A program made the translations under genes and the position numbers. Under the pieces are notes generated by a model. That model saw nothing but the letters and a program-made list of their open reading frames with translations. It searched no databases and was not told where the DNA came from. A stretch of 64,000 nucleotides of DNA from an uncultured Mageeibacillus sp. (GTDB taxonomy: Bacteria; Bacillota; Clostridia; Saccharofermentanales; DTU023): the NCBI GenBank assembly GCA_964346695.1, contig CAYFVK010000002.1, positions 22,321 to 86,320 on the forward strand, written 5' to 3'. Below are positions 29,725 to 38,317 of the stretch, one piece after another (positions within the stretch are counted from its first letter, which is position 1; each line of letters begins with the position of its first letter).

Positions 29725-30729
29725 ATGGCAGCCAAAGAGCGTAAAGGTGAGAATCAAAAGCTGAAGATGCTGTATCTGGTCAAGATTTTTCTTGAAGAAA
29801 CGGATGATCAGCATGCTCTGACAATGAAGGAAATCATCGAAAAGCTGGAAAGCTATGGTGTCAGCGCAGACCGAAAAACCTTATATCTTGATTTTGCGGA
29901 ACTCAGAAATTTCGGTTTGGATATTGTCGCTGAAAAAGAGGGGAGAAATTGCTACTACTCGCTTGTCGGCCGTCGTTTTGAACTGCCTGAGCTCAAACTC
30001 TTAGTCGATTCCGTCCAATCTTCCAAATTTATCACAAATAAAAAATCTAAAGAATTAATTAAAAAGTTGGAGTCTTTGGTAAGCAAGCATGAAGCTAAAC
30101 AATTACAGCGTCAGGTCGTGATTTCCGGCCGTATCAAATCGATGAATGAGAGCATTTATTATAATGTCGATAGGATTCATGAGGCGATCGGATCCGATGC
30201 CAAAATTCGTTTCCGCTATTTTCAGTGGAATCTCAAAAAAGAAATGCAATTGCGCCGCAAAGGCGCATTTTATGAAGTCAGTCCTTGGGCGCTGATGTGG
30301 GAAGATGAAAATTATTATCTGATCGCCTATGACAGCAGAGATGATAAAATCAAACATTATCGTGTCGATAAAATGCTGCAAATCTCGGTTCTGAAGCAAA
30401 AGAGAGAAGGGCTGGAACAGATCAAGACCTTCGATATGCCCCGCTATACCAATCGCCTTTTCGGCATGTACGGTGGCGAAGAAACGAATGTCACATTGCG
30501 GGTCAAAAATGAATTGATCGGGGTCATGATCGACCGCTTCGGCAAAGATATTCTCATCATGCCTGTTGATGAAAATTATTTTCAAACAGTCGTTCATGTT
30601 TTTCTGAGCAATCAATTCTTGGGTTGGATTTTAGCTTTAGGCGAGGGCATGAAAATTATCGGTCCGGAAAAAGTTGTTCAAAGTATGCGTTCCGAATTGC
30701 AAAAACTTGCGCAGCTTTATCAAATATAA
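29725..30729 (+). CDS. WYL-domain transcriptional regulator (N-terminal wHTH, central WYL, C-terminal extension)
   Basis: The wHTH region reads LKMLYLVKIFLEETDDQHALTMKEIIEKLESYGVSADRKTLYLDFAELRNFGLDI. The WYL-type core reads IRFRYFQW...YEVSPWALMWEDENYYLIAYDSRDDKIKHYRVDKM. ATG 29725 follows an AAGGGGGA RBS and a TTGTATAAT extended -10. Confidence 0.8.
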   Translation: MAAKERKGENQKLKMLYLVKIFLEETDDQHALTMKEIIEKLESYGVSADRKTLYLDFAELRNFGLDIVAEKEGRNCYYSLVGRRFELPELKLLVDSVQSSKFITNKKSKELIKKLESLVSKHEAKQLQRQVVISGRIKSMNESIYYNVDRIHEAIGSDAKIRFRYFQWNLKKEMQLRRKGAFYEVSPWALMWEDENYYLIAYDSRDDKIKHYRVDKMLQISVLKQKREGLEQIKTFDMPRYTNRLFGMYGGEETNVTLRVKNELIGVMIDRFGKDILIMPVDENYFQTVVHVFLSNQFLGWILALGEGMKIIGPEKVVQSMRSELQKLAQLYQI

Positions 30730-30872
30730 TCTCGCAAATACCGGATTTTTCCTATATAAAATGCCATATTCCTATGTATATTTCAGCTTTTGCTGCCCAC
30801 TCATTAAGTCTGTTTTTTGGGACTAATGCTCCTCTATAATAAAAGTATCAAAGAGTAAAGGAGTGTAAGCCA

Positions 30873-31268
30873 ATGGATATGATTTATTTTACAATCGCGG
30901 GTACTTGCCATTATTATGGAGCGGAATTTTTGGAACCGAAGATGCAGGTTTGTCTGGTTAAGGAACCTGACAATGAAGCTGATAAGGAAGCCATAAAAGT
31001 AGAATTGCCGGGGCTTGGTCTAATCGGCTATGTCGCGAACAGTCCCTATACCGTTCTCGGTGAAAGTTACAGTGCCGGCAGACTATATGACAAATTCGGC
31101 GACAATGCTCAAGGAACAGTTCTCTATGTCACCGATAAAGGTGTGCTTTGTACACTCAATCTCGAAAATTTATCTGAAACAGACGAAACTGAAGCGGTTA
31201 ATCTCAATGAGTCTGATCAGGAAAATGAGTCTGATCAGGAAAATGAGTCTGATCAGGAGACAGATTAA
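30873..31268 (+). CDS. Stand-alone HIRAN-domain protein with an acidic repeat tail
   Basis: FTIAGTCHYYGAEFLEPKMQVCLVKEPDNEADKEAIKVELPGLGLIGYVAN matches the HIRAN pattern (G..yY.G...l..g..v.L.rEPdN..D.nAI.V...g..iGYv). The C-terminus is NESDQE x3. Confidence 0.75.
   Translation: MDMIYFTIAGTCHYYGAEFLEPKMQVCLVKEPDNEADKEAIKVELPGLGLIGYVANSPYTVLGESYSAGRLYDKFGDNAQGTVLYVTDKGVLCTLNLENLSETDETEAVNLNESDQENESDQENESDQETD
31206..31259 (+). repeat. 18-bp tandem repeat x3 inside the HIRAN gene 3' end
   Basis: AATGAGTCTGATCAGGAA occurs three times in a row (last base A>G in copy 3) and encodes NESDQE x3. Confidence 0.95.
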
Positions 31269-31373
31269 ATTCAGTCAAGACAAATTTTATGCTAAAATTG
31301 AATTCAGATTTTGTTGATTGTTCCGCTTATTAAAGAAAGCATTGAACGGTTCTTAGCTGAGGAGTGTGAAATA

Positions 31374-31739
31374 ATGACCTTGTTTGAATTCATAAAAAGC
31401 ATAGCCCGATTGCCGATCGATAAAGCTTTTGCATCTATTAAAAATCATCAGGATTATTCAGATCACCTGAAAAGCGAAGCTCCGCATTTTCTGCAGCCGG
31501 AAGGCAAGACGTTTACCCTCTATTCAGATGATTTCATTTTTAAAAACGGAGATGTTATTTCCTATACGGCACAGGAGGATCCGAAAAATCACCAGCCTTT
31601 GCCGAATGGCTTCTGGGATTATTATCTTTCGAGCAAACGTTTATGGTATCGCTATGAAGTGGAGGAAGAAGCATTCGTCTTTCATGACACCAGCAAAGAT
31701 CATCGTGAAGTTAAACCTAAATTTGCCAAACATGGTTGA
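31374..31739 (+). CDS. Hypothetical 121-aa protein, no recognisable motif
   Basis: ATG 31374 (MTLFEFIKSIARL...) follows a GAGGAG RBS. The stop codon lies 3-6 nt before the next gene's start. I recognise no family. Confidence 0.5.
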   Translation: MTLFEFIKSIARLPIDKAFASIKNHQDYSDHLKSEAPHFLQPEGKTFTLYSDDFIFKNGDVISYTAQEDPKNHQPLPNGFWDYYLSSKRLWYRYEVEEEAFVFHDTSKDHREVKPKFAKHG

Positions 31740-31745
31740 AGCGTG

Positions 31746-33044
31746 ATGACGGGGAATCAATTTCAAAACATTATTCTTCCCACTCTCTTCGGGGTCGAAT
31801 CGGTCACCGCGCAGGAACTGAAGGAGTTGGGATTTGCCAAATCTTCGATCACGGTCAAAGACGCGGAAGTGATTTTACATGTTGCTGATCCGAAAGAAAT
31901 TCCGACATTTATTGCCAGATTAAACTTCGGGCTGAGAACAGCCGAACGAGTTCTGCTCGAGTTGGCGGAGTTTCAGGTAGCTAGCTTTGACGAACTGTTT
32001 GATCAGGTTCAGGCTTTACCGTGGCATCAATGGTTGGATAAGGGTTATTTTATCGAAATTACAGGATACAGCCGCAAGTCGCGGCTGACCAGCATTCCCG
32101 CCTGCCAGAGTATCATTAAGAAGGCGATTACGGGGCAGCTCAATTCAATTTATCATTATCAAGATGGTCAAGTCCCGGAACAACGCCGACAAGGCGTCAA
32201 TACCATTCGTTTTTCGATTGTTGATGATCGGATCCGTTTGATGCTGGATACAACAGGAGATCCGCTGCATAAGCGCGGCTATCGCCCGACTGTTCATGAG
32301 GCTCCTTTACGAGAAACCTTAGCGGCGGCGATTTTGATTCTTTCTTTCTATCAGCGGAATATAAAAAACGGGGAGTCGCTCTGGGATCCTTTTTGCGGCA
32401 GCGGAACTTTTTTGATCGAGGCTGCGCTCATGGCAACCGGTACGGCGCCGGGGCTTCTGCGCCATTTCCTTGCGGAAAAGTATCAGCTTATCGGAAAAAC
32501 TTTTTTTGATCGTGAACGCGAATTGGCGAAAAATAAATCTTTACTTTATTTTCCTGAAAGAGCGCGTCAATTCAAGCCGGAACAAAGGGCAAATAATCAT
32601 TTCATGCTGAAGCCGCCTTATATCTTACCGGATCACTCGCCCCGGATTTTTGGTACGGATATTGACCATGAATCTGTTGAAGCGGCGCAAAAGAACGCGG
32701 CGCGGGCAGGGGTTCTGGAAATGATTGACTTTCAGGTACAAGACATTCGAAATTTGAGCCATGCTCAGATGGTCAAAAGAGCCGGTATCGACCGCTTGCT
32801 GATCGTGACAAATCCGCCTTATGGCGAAAGACTGGCTGATGCTGAGCAGACAAGAATGTTGGAAAAGGAAATCAAACGCTGTTGCTTTGCAAAGAATAAC
32901 TTATGCCAAGGAATTCGGCTTTCCGTCCTGACTTCCGATCGGGATTTTGAAAAAAATATTAATCAGCGGGCGGATAAGCACCGTAAATTATATAATGGCG
33001 GCTTGCGTTGTACTTTATATCACTTTTTTCGCGATAAGCAGTAA
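31746..33044 (+). CDS. THUMP-domain class I SAM-dependent RNA methyltransferase (RlmL/YpsC-like, COG0116)
   Basis: The N-terminal ferredoxin-like/THUMP region reads LFGVESVTAQELKELGF...RTAERVLLELAEF. Methyltransferase motifs are DPFCGSGTFLIEAA and VTNPPYGERL. GTG 31743 and ATG 31746 are both possible starts. Confidence 0.8.
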   Translation: MTGNQFQNIILPTLFGVESVTAQELKELGFAKSSITVKDAEVILHVADPKEIPTFIARLNFGLRTAERVLLELAEFQVASFDELFDQVQALPWHQWLDKGYFIEITGYSRKSRLTSIPACQSIIKKAITGQLNSIYHYQDGQVPEQRRQGVNTIRFSIVDDRIRLMLDTTGDPLHKRGYRPTVHEAPLRETLAAAILILSFYQRNIKNGESLWDPFCGSGTFLIEAALMATGTAPGLLRHFLAEKYQLIGKTFFDRERELAKNKSLLYFPERARQFKPEQRANNHFMLKPPYILPDHSPRIFGTDIDHESVEAAQKNAARAGVLEMIDFQVQDIRNLSHAQMVKRAGIDRLLIVTNPPYGERLADAEQTRMLEKEIKRCCFAKNNLCQGIRLSVLTSDRDFEKNINQRADKHRKLYNGGLRCTLYHFFRDKQ

Positions 33045-33328
33045 ATCTCTGTTCACGGTTTTTTACTTTCAACCTTTCATTTGGAGAATTTGTCAAGGAC
33101 GATATCACTTTTCGGTTTGTATGTAATTATTTTTAATTCTGTATTGTCCGTGAGCTGTGTACATATAAATTAAATAATAAATGAGAGAATCTGGTAAACG
33201 TTGGAAACACGGGTGTTTAGAGTTATTTTGAATATATGTTTGTTTTCAGAAAATCTATATGTATAAAATAATTGACTATCAAACAAGGCTTTAAGCAAGC
33301 TCAATTCCTGTAAAGGTTGTCATGATAG

Positions 33329-33371
33329 TTATACACAAAGTTATTAACATTATTCACATTTCTGTGGATAA
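33329..33371. promoter_or_regulatory. Array of four DnaA-box-like 9-mers in an AT-rich intergenic region
   Basis: TTATACACA (33329-33337, 1 mismatch), TTATTAACA (33341-33349, 2 mismatches), TTATTCACA (33350-33358, 1 mismatch) and TGTGGATAA (33363-33371, a perfect box in inverted orientation). The consensus used is TTATCCACA. Confidence 0.4.
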
Positions 33372-33515
33372 GCACTTGAAAGAGCTGAGTACAAGGCTTC
33401 TTCGCGAATTATGCATAAAATATTATCAATTTGGAGATAAATTTAATTCAAAATACTTATTGTTTGAATATAGTAAATTCTGTAGAATAAAAAAAGTAAA
33501 ATTTAGGAGGCGAAA

Positions 33516-34145
33516 ATGGACAACGTTTTTATTTTTGATCACCCGTTAATTCAGCACAAAATTACGTTAATGCGCGATAAGAACGCAACGACAAAGGACT
33601 TCAGGGAACTGGTACGAGAAGTATCCCGCCTGATGGCGTATGAAGTTACGCGCGACTTGCCGCTGCAGGACGTTGATGTAGAAACCCCTGTTGCCATGGC
33701 TCACGCGAAAGTGATCGCGGGCAGAAGTCTTGCTTTAGTCCCGATCTTAAGAGCAGGTTTGGGAATGGTTGACGGGATGTTGGATTTAATTCCGATGGCA
33801 AAGGTAGGACATATCGGTCTATACAGAGATCCTGAAACCTTAGAAGCGGTCGAATATTATTGTAAATTGCCGGCAGATGTTGAAGATCGCGACGTTATTT
33901 TACTGGATCCGATGCTGGCGACCGGTGTTTCAGCCATTGACGCGGTCAATCAATTAAAGAAGAGAAAAATCACTTCAATAAAATTTATGTGCATTATCGC
34001 TGCGCCGGAAGGTATTGAGAATTTACACAGAGAGCATCCTGACGTTCCGATTTTCTGTGCTGCGAAAGATCAAGGCTTAAATGATCATGCGTACATAGTT
34101 CCGGGACTCGGAGACGCGGGGGATCGTTTATTCGGTACCAAATAA
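33516..34145 (+). CDS. upp: Uracil phosphoribosyltransferase
   Basis: [21 protein letters not shown]-type N-terminus, [13 protein letters not shown], the PRPP loop [10 protein letters not shown], and the C-terminal [17 protein letters not shown]. Confidence 0.95.
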   Translation: MDNVFIFDHPLIQHKITLMRDKNATTKDFRELVREVSRLMAYEVTRDLPLQDVDVETPVAMAHAKVIAGRSLALVPILRAGLGMVDGMLDLIPMAKVGHIGLYRDPETLEAVEYYCKLPADVEDRDVILLDPMLATGVSAIDAVNQLKKRKITSIKFMCIIAAPEGIENLHREHPDVPIFCAAKDQGLNDHAYIVPGLGDAGDRLFGTK

Positions 34146-34212
34146 CAGTTCTGATTAAGCGGATTTTATTTGCTGAAGGATTTCAATCCTTTTCCTGTAA
34201 TAAGGCTGAATT

Positions 34213-35361
34213 TTAATCAACTGTAAAGTAAAACGGAAGCTCGGCAAACTTCAAACGGCAAAAATCCTTTAAGGGATAAGTTTGATGCTTGTTGAGCTTT
34301 TTTCCATCGACAAAAGTGCCGTTCGCGGATCCTAAATCCTGAATGAAATAATGGCTGCCATGTCTTGAAATCCTGGCATGGACTCTGCCTATGGATTTTT
34401 CATTTAAAATTAAATCGCAGATCGCCTTATCGCGACCGATCAAAAATTCATCGATCAGAATAAATACCCGCAGCCCCTCATTTTCTTCCAAGGTGCCGGG
34501 TTGTCCTTCTGAAATCATAGCCAGACGATATAATTCATCTTGCGGCGATAAGGGAACGGTAGTCTCATCTTTAGCAGTCTTTTTTCTGTAAAAAAAGGAT
34601 TTGATTTTATCACTTAAACTTGTTTTATCCCGCTTGTAAACAGCTTGATTTGTTCCGGAAGATGTTGATCGAACGGAGTCTTCTTTTTCCTGCTCTCTCT
34701 GTTCTGAATCCTGAGAAGATTTTTGTTCGCTTATTTCCGAAGTATTGAGTAAATCTCTTTGATGTTGCAAGAGTTCCGGAATTTCTGCAAATTTTGCCTG
34801 TGTGATCAATGTGCCAAACCTTTCATAGAATGTTTTGTGATCCGGATCAAGCTTTGAAAATTCATGCCAAATCAATGAGTTTTCTTCGTCATCCGATTTT
34901 TCTCTCTTTTCTATAAATTGCGGAATCGTAAACCATCTTAGACAAGCAGATATTTCCGATGAATTTTTACCCCTGATGATCTGCTCAAGAGAAAAAGCAT
35001 TTAACAATTCTTGCAAATCTCGGGAAACTTCAAGGTATTCAGTTGTTAGGAAAGAAAAATTGAGAGAAAAAAGATTCTCTTCTAAATATAATAACTGGCG
35101 GTACAGGATCAATAATATTTTGATAAAATCATTGTTTTCACTTCCTGAATTCAAATTTTTCTCAGCCGCGTTTTCCAGCCAGTCACTTAAACTTGTTTGA
35201 TTTTCTGTTTGAACCAAAAGCAAATAAAACTGATCGCTCGTTTCATCATAAAAAGCGGAATATTTTCTTGAAAAAGGAAATGGATGTTGAATGATATGCA
35301 GAAGCTCCAACTTCTGCATATCGCTCAATTTGTTGATTTCTACTCGCCGCAGCTTTCCCAT
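34213..35361 (-). CDS. FHA-domain protein with an uncharacterised N-terminal domain; last gene of the Tad-like operon
   Basis: The C-terminal FHA reads FLIGRDKAICDLILNEKSIGRVHARISRHGSHYFIQDLGSANGTFVDGKKL. The middle is low-complexity and Ser/Glu/Gln-rich. No TM segment. Confidence 0.75.
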   Translation of the reverse strand: MGKLRRVEINKLSDMQKLELLHIIQHPFPFSRKYSAFYDETSDQFYLLLVQTENQTSLSDWLENAAEKNLNSGSENNDFIKILLILYRQLLYLEENLFSLNFSFLTTEYLEVSRDLQELLNAFSLEQIIRGKNSSEISACLRWFTIPQFIEKREKSDDEENSLIWHEFSKLDPDHKTFYERFGTLITQAKFAEIPELLQHQRDLLNTSEISEQKSSQDSEQREQEKEDSVRSTSSGTNQAVYKRDKTSLSDKIKSFFYRKKTAKDETTVPLSPQDELYRLAMISEGQPGTLEENEGLRVFILIDEFLIGRDKAICDLILNEKSIGRVHARISRHGSHYFIQDLGSANGTFVDGKKLNKHQTYPLKDFCRLKFAELPFYFTVD

Positions 35362-35369
35362 TTTGACTC

Positions 35370-35555
35370 CTAATATGAAATACCGTCAATAATCGAATGA
35401 TCAAAGACCTTGTTGATTAAGCTGTTGGCAAAACTTGTCAATTCCGCTCTGAATATCAAAGCTACTGCCACTAATACTGCGATAATCAATACGATCTCCA
35501 ATGTTCCCAAGCCGCTTTCATCATTGATTTTTCTTTTGAATTTTTCGTTGTTCAT
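35370..35555 (-). CDS. Flp-family type IVb pilin-like prepilin (61 aa)
   Basis: A charged leader (MNNEKFKRKINDESGLG) is followed by TLEIVLIIAVLVAVALIF. This is a Gly followed by an acidic residue and a hydrophobic helix, typical of Gram-positive Flp-like pilins. It lies directly downstream of the TadB/C gene. Confidence 0.6.
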   Translation of the reverse strand: MNNEKFKRKINDESGLGTLEIVLIIAVLVAVALIFRAELTSFANSLINKVFDHSIIDGISY

Positions 35556-35573
35556 CGTAAGCCTCCTTAATTT

Positions 35574-37085
35574 TTAAATAGTAATATTTCCTAAACTAGC
35601 GACGGCAGGTAACATGGCCATGATAATGACTAAAAACAAATCAATCGTCATAGGAAATAGCAGAATCAGATTTTTTGCCTGTAGTCTTTTACGCATGGCG
35701 TTTCTGCATAATTGCCAACTAGCATTAGCCTGAATATCTAAAATGTCTAAAATTTCCTGACCGCCGTCGCGATCATATCTTGCCATCAGCTGCAAAATAG
35801 AAGCGATCTCTTCCTGAGGTAAATTTTCAGTGATATTGAGTAAAGCAAAAGCCGCGCTTTCGCCGACGCTGAGTGCATGATTTATTTTGGATAAGTCGTT
35901 TTTTAACTGAGAATGTAAATTTCCCTGATAGGAGCTGATCATCAAACGCAGACTTTTTTCCAAACTTAAACCGCTTCTTAATAAAATGACCATGGAATTA
36001 AGAAAGTTTGGATACTCGATTCGGATTTGCTGTTTTAATTTATTTTCTCTTTGAATAATATCGAAATCCTGAATCAGCCAAATGAAAAGCAGCGGCAGTA
36101 TAAAGATCTTCCAGCTAATGATTCGCAAAGCGATCAGAATTGCGCAGATTATTGCGCTGAAAAGTGTCAGCAGAAGTTTGCGGCGAATATAAATGAGCCA
36201 TGCCTGAGGCTGATTTTTGCTTAGAATCCGCACGCTTTCAGAAAGATTATAACCGAATTTTACGGGTAAATGGCTGATCAGAAATTGACTGATAAAAACC
36301 AGCAGCTTGCTCTGCGGGATACGCTTCGGCAAGGTAATATAGATATCTCTTTTGTTCAGCTGCAAAGGATTTTTGGACATGATCAGAAGTACTAAGAAAA
36401 TCGAAAAATGCGACAGTACAAAGATGATTGCCAGGAGGAACAAACTCCATGGTGCGGTGAGCAAAGATTCGGAATATACCGTATCCTGCCTGATCAGGAC
36501 AAAGGAAAACAGAAACGGTAAAAAGAGCAAGATCAGGGCTTCGCTTTTTTGCGCGTTCTGTTCTGATTCAATATCCTTTTGCATTTGAATTTCTGAATTT
36601 AAAGTACGATAAGTCTGTTTGACAAAAATATCCAATCGTCCGCCATAATGATTCAAGTAAGGCAATACGTCAAAGAAGGCATTGCTGGTCTGACAATTAA
36701 ATTTATCTTTGAGCATTTTTAGAGAGCGATCCAGATCAAGATGTGCCTGCATAGATTGTTCTAACTGTTTTAACGATTTTGCCAAAACGCTTTTGTAACC
36801 CAGTTCATTTTTCAATCTTGAAAAGGATTCCAGCAATATGGATTCCAGAGTATGACCGGCAGATAAACGGCTGCTCAAATATTCTAAAAAGATTCGATAT
36901 TGTTCAATTTTGGCGGAGTTCTGACGACCTGCCATATATTTTGTAAAAGCTAAATTGATCAAGATCGTGCAGAGAATCAGAATCATCAGACTATAATGGT
37001 CCAGATCCAGCCATGTTAAATAGGTCAGGTAGATAAAAAGAAATGAGGGGATGATATTTTTACTGAAATTTTTTATAAATGACAT
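35574..37085 (-). CDS. Fused TadB/TadC-like type II secretion system F-family membrane platform protein
   Basis: 503 aa with two T2SS-F-like repeats (..LSSRLSAGHTLESILLE.. and ..MVILLRSGLSLEKSLRLM..), each followed by TM helices. It overlaps the CpaF gene by 13 nt. Confidence 0.7.
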   Translation of the reverse strand: MSFIKNFSKNIIPSFLFIYLTYLTWLDLDHYSLMILILCTILINLAFTKYMAGRQNSAKIEQYRIFLEYLSSRLSAGHTLESILLESFSRLKNELGYKSVLAKSLKQLEQSMQAHLDLDRSLKMLKDKFNCQTSNAFFDVLPYLNHYGGRLDIFVKQTYRTLNSEIQMQKDIESEQNAQKSEALILLFLPFLFSFVLIRQDTVYSESLLTAPWSLFLLAIIFVLSHFSIFLVLLIMSKNPLQLNKRDIYITLPKRIPQSKLLVFISQFLISHLPVKFGYNLSESVRILSKNQPQAWLIYIRRKLLLTLFSAIICAILIALRIISWKIFILPLLFIWLIQDFDIIQRENKLKQQIRIEYPNFLNSMVILLRSGLSLEKSLRLMISSYQGNLHSQLKNDLSKINHALSVGESAAFALLNITENLPQEEIASILQLMARYDRDGGQEILDILDIQANASWQLCRNAMRKRLQAKNLILLFPMTIDLFLVIIMAMLPAVASLGNITI

Positions 37086-38317
37086 CGTAATTCTTCTCCC
37101 TCTCTTTTGAATAGTACTTTGGTGATAAATTTTTGCTCTTGATATCCGATGATCCTGACAATTTCATCTACTACTCTTTTGCCGTCGGGCAGACGAATTA
37201 AATGAATATTCAAATCAAGAGCGGAGGCGACTAATCTGCGAATAGCCTCCCACGGCAAACTGGAAGCCATCAGAATCATCAGACAAATGCGATCCAGCAT
37301 TTCTAAACTGTTGTTACCGTGACCGGTCGACATGGAGCCGGGGTGGCCGGTGCTCATCGCCTGAATCATCTCAAAAGCCTCTTCGCCCCGGATTTCTCCC
37401 ACGATGATGCGATCCGGGCGCAAACGCAGGGAAGAGCGGATTAAGCGTTCCAAAGTGATAGCACCTTGCCCGTCCGGCCCCGCCTCTCTTGATTCAAGAC
37501 GCACCAGATTATCAATGCCCTGCAGATCCAGTTCCAGAGAATCCTCTATCGTCACAATGCGTTCATCCTTGGCGATAAAGGATGATAATGCGTTGAGAAA
37601 AGTGGTCTTGCCTGTACCTGTACCACCTGAAATAAAAATATTCTTCTTTTGTCGCACCATCTCGATCAAAAATTCGGCGGCTTGTTCACTTAAAGTCTGA
37701 TGTTCAATCAAAGAATCGAGGCGCGGCTTAATCCCGGTAAACCTTCTGATACTCATGATCGGACCTTCCGGCGCAGACGGAGGCAAGATTGCGTGAATCC
37801 GCGAGCCGTCCGGCAGACGCATACCGTTAATCGGATTCTGTTCATTGATCAGACGATTCGCTTTGCCGAAAAATCTGGTGATGATATAAGTCAGATGCTC
37901 GGCATGATCAAAGACAATCGGCGTTTTATAGATTTTGCCCTCGCGTTCAATAAAGACATGATCAAAGCCGTTGACCATGATTTCTGTGATGGAATCATCG
38001 TTTAATAAAGGCTGAAGCAAATCCAAACCGCGCATGGAATTAAACAATTGATTGACCAGATTTCTGCGTTCCGGCAAACTGAGTTCCGCCAAATCATGAT
38101 ATTCCGCTAATAATTTGGTCAACAACTGTTTCAGCTCCTGATCACTCAAAGCGTCAATATTTTCATAGCGGGAAACGAGATGTTCGATAAAATTCTGCCG
38201 TTCTCGATGGGAAAGCATTTTTCGTTGATTTGCAGGGTATGAGATATTATTTTGTTTATACATATGATTTTTCTTCATTCCTATCACCTGAATCAAATAT
38301 TTTATCCGGTTTGTCAA
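37073..38317 (-). CDS. CpaF/TadA-family secretion ATPase
   Basis: Walker A ISGGTGTGKTTFLNAL, TIEDSLEL, RPDRIIVGEIRGEEA (Walker B/Asp box) and the His box GHPGSMSTGHGNS. The exact start is uncertain because of several Met codons. Confidence 0.88.
   Translation of the reverse strand: MTNRIKYLIQVIGMKKNHMYKQNNISYPANQRKMLSHRERQNFIEHLVSRYENIDALSDQELKQLLTKLLAEYHDLAELSLPERRNLVNQLFNSMRGLDLLQPLLNDDSITEIMVNGFDHVFIEREGKIYKTPIVFDHAEHLTYIITRFFGKANRLINEQNPINGMRLPDGSRIHAILPPSAPEGPIMSIRRFTGIKPRLDSLIEHQTLSEQAAEFLIEMVRQKKNIFISGGTGTGKTTFLNALSSFIAKDERIVTIEDSLELDLQGIDNLVRLESREAGPDGQGAITLERLIRSSLRLRPDRIIVGEIRGEEAFEMIQAMSTGHPGSMSTGHGNNSLEMLDRICLMILMASSLPWEAIRRLVASALDLNIHLIRLPDGKRVVDEIVRIIGYQEQKFITKVLFKREGEELRCHL

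Noticed and set aside
33045-33515. PyrR-binding attenuator upstream of upp
   Set aside because: No PyrR binding loop (ARUCCAGAGAGGYU-like) or terminator/antiterminator pair is visible.
33322-33549. 75-aa ORF in the AT-rich region upstream of upp
   Set aside because: It has a low-complexity Lys/Ile/Phe-rich translation, no RBS, and runs across the upp RBS and start. This looks like an AT-rich chance ORF.
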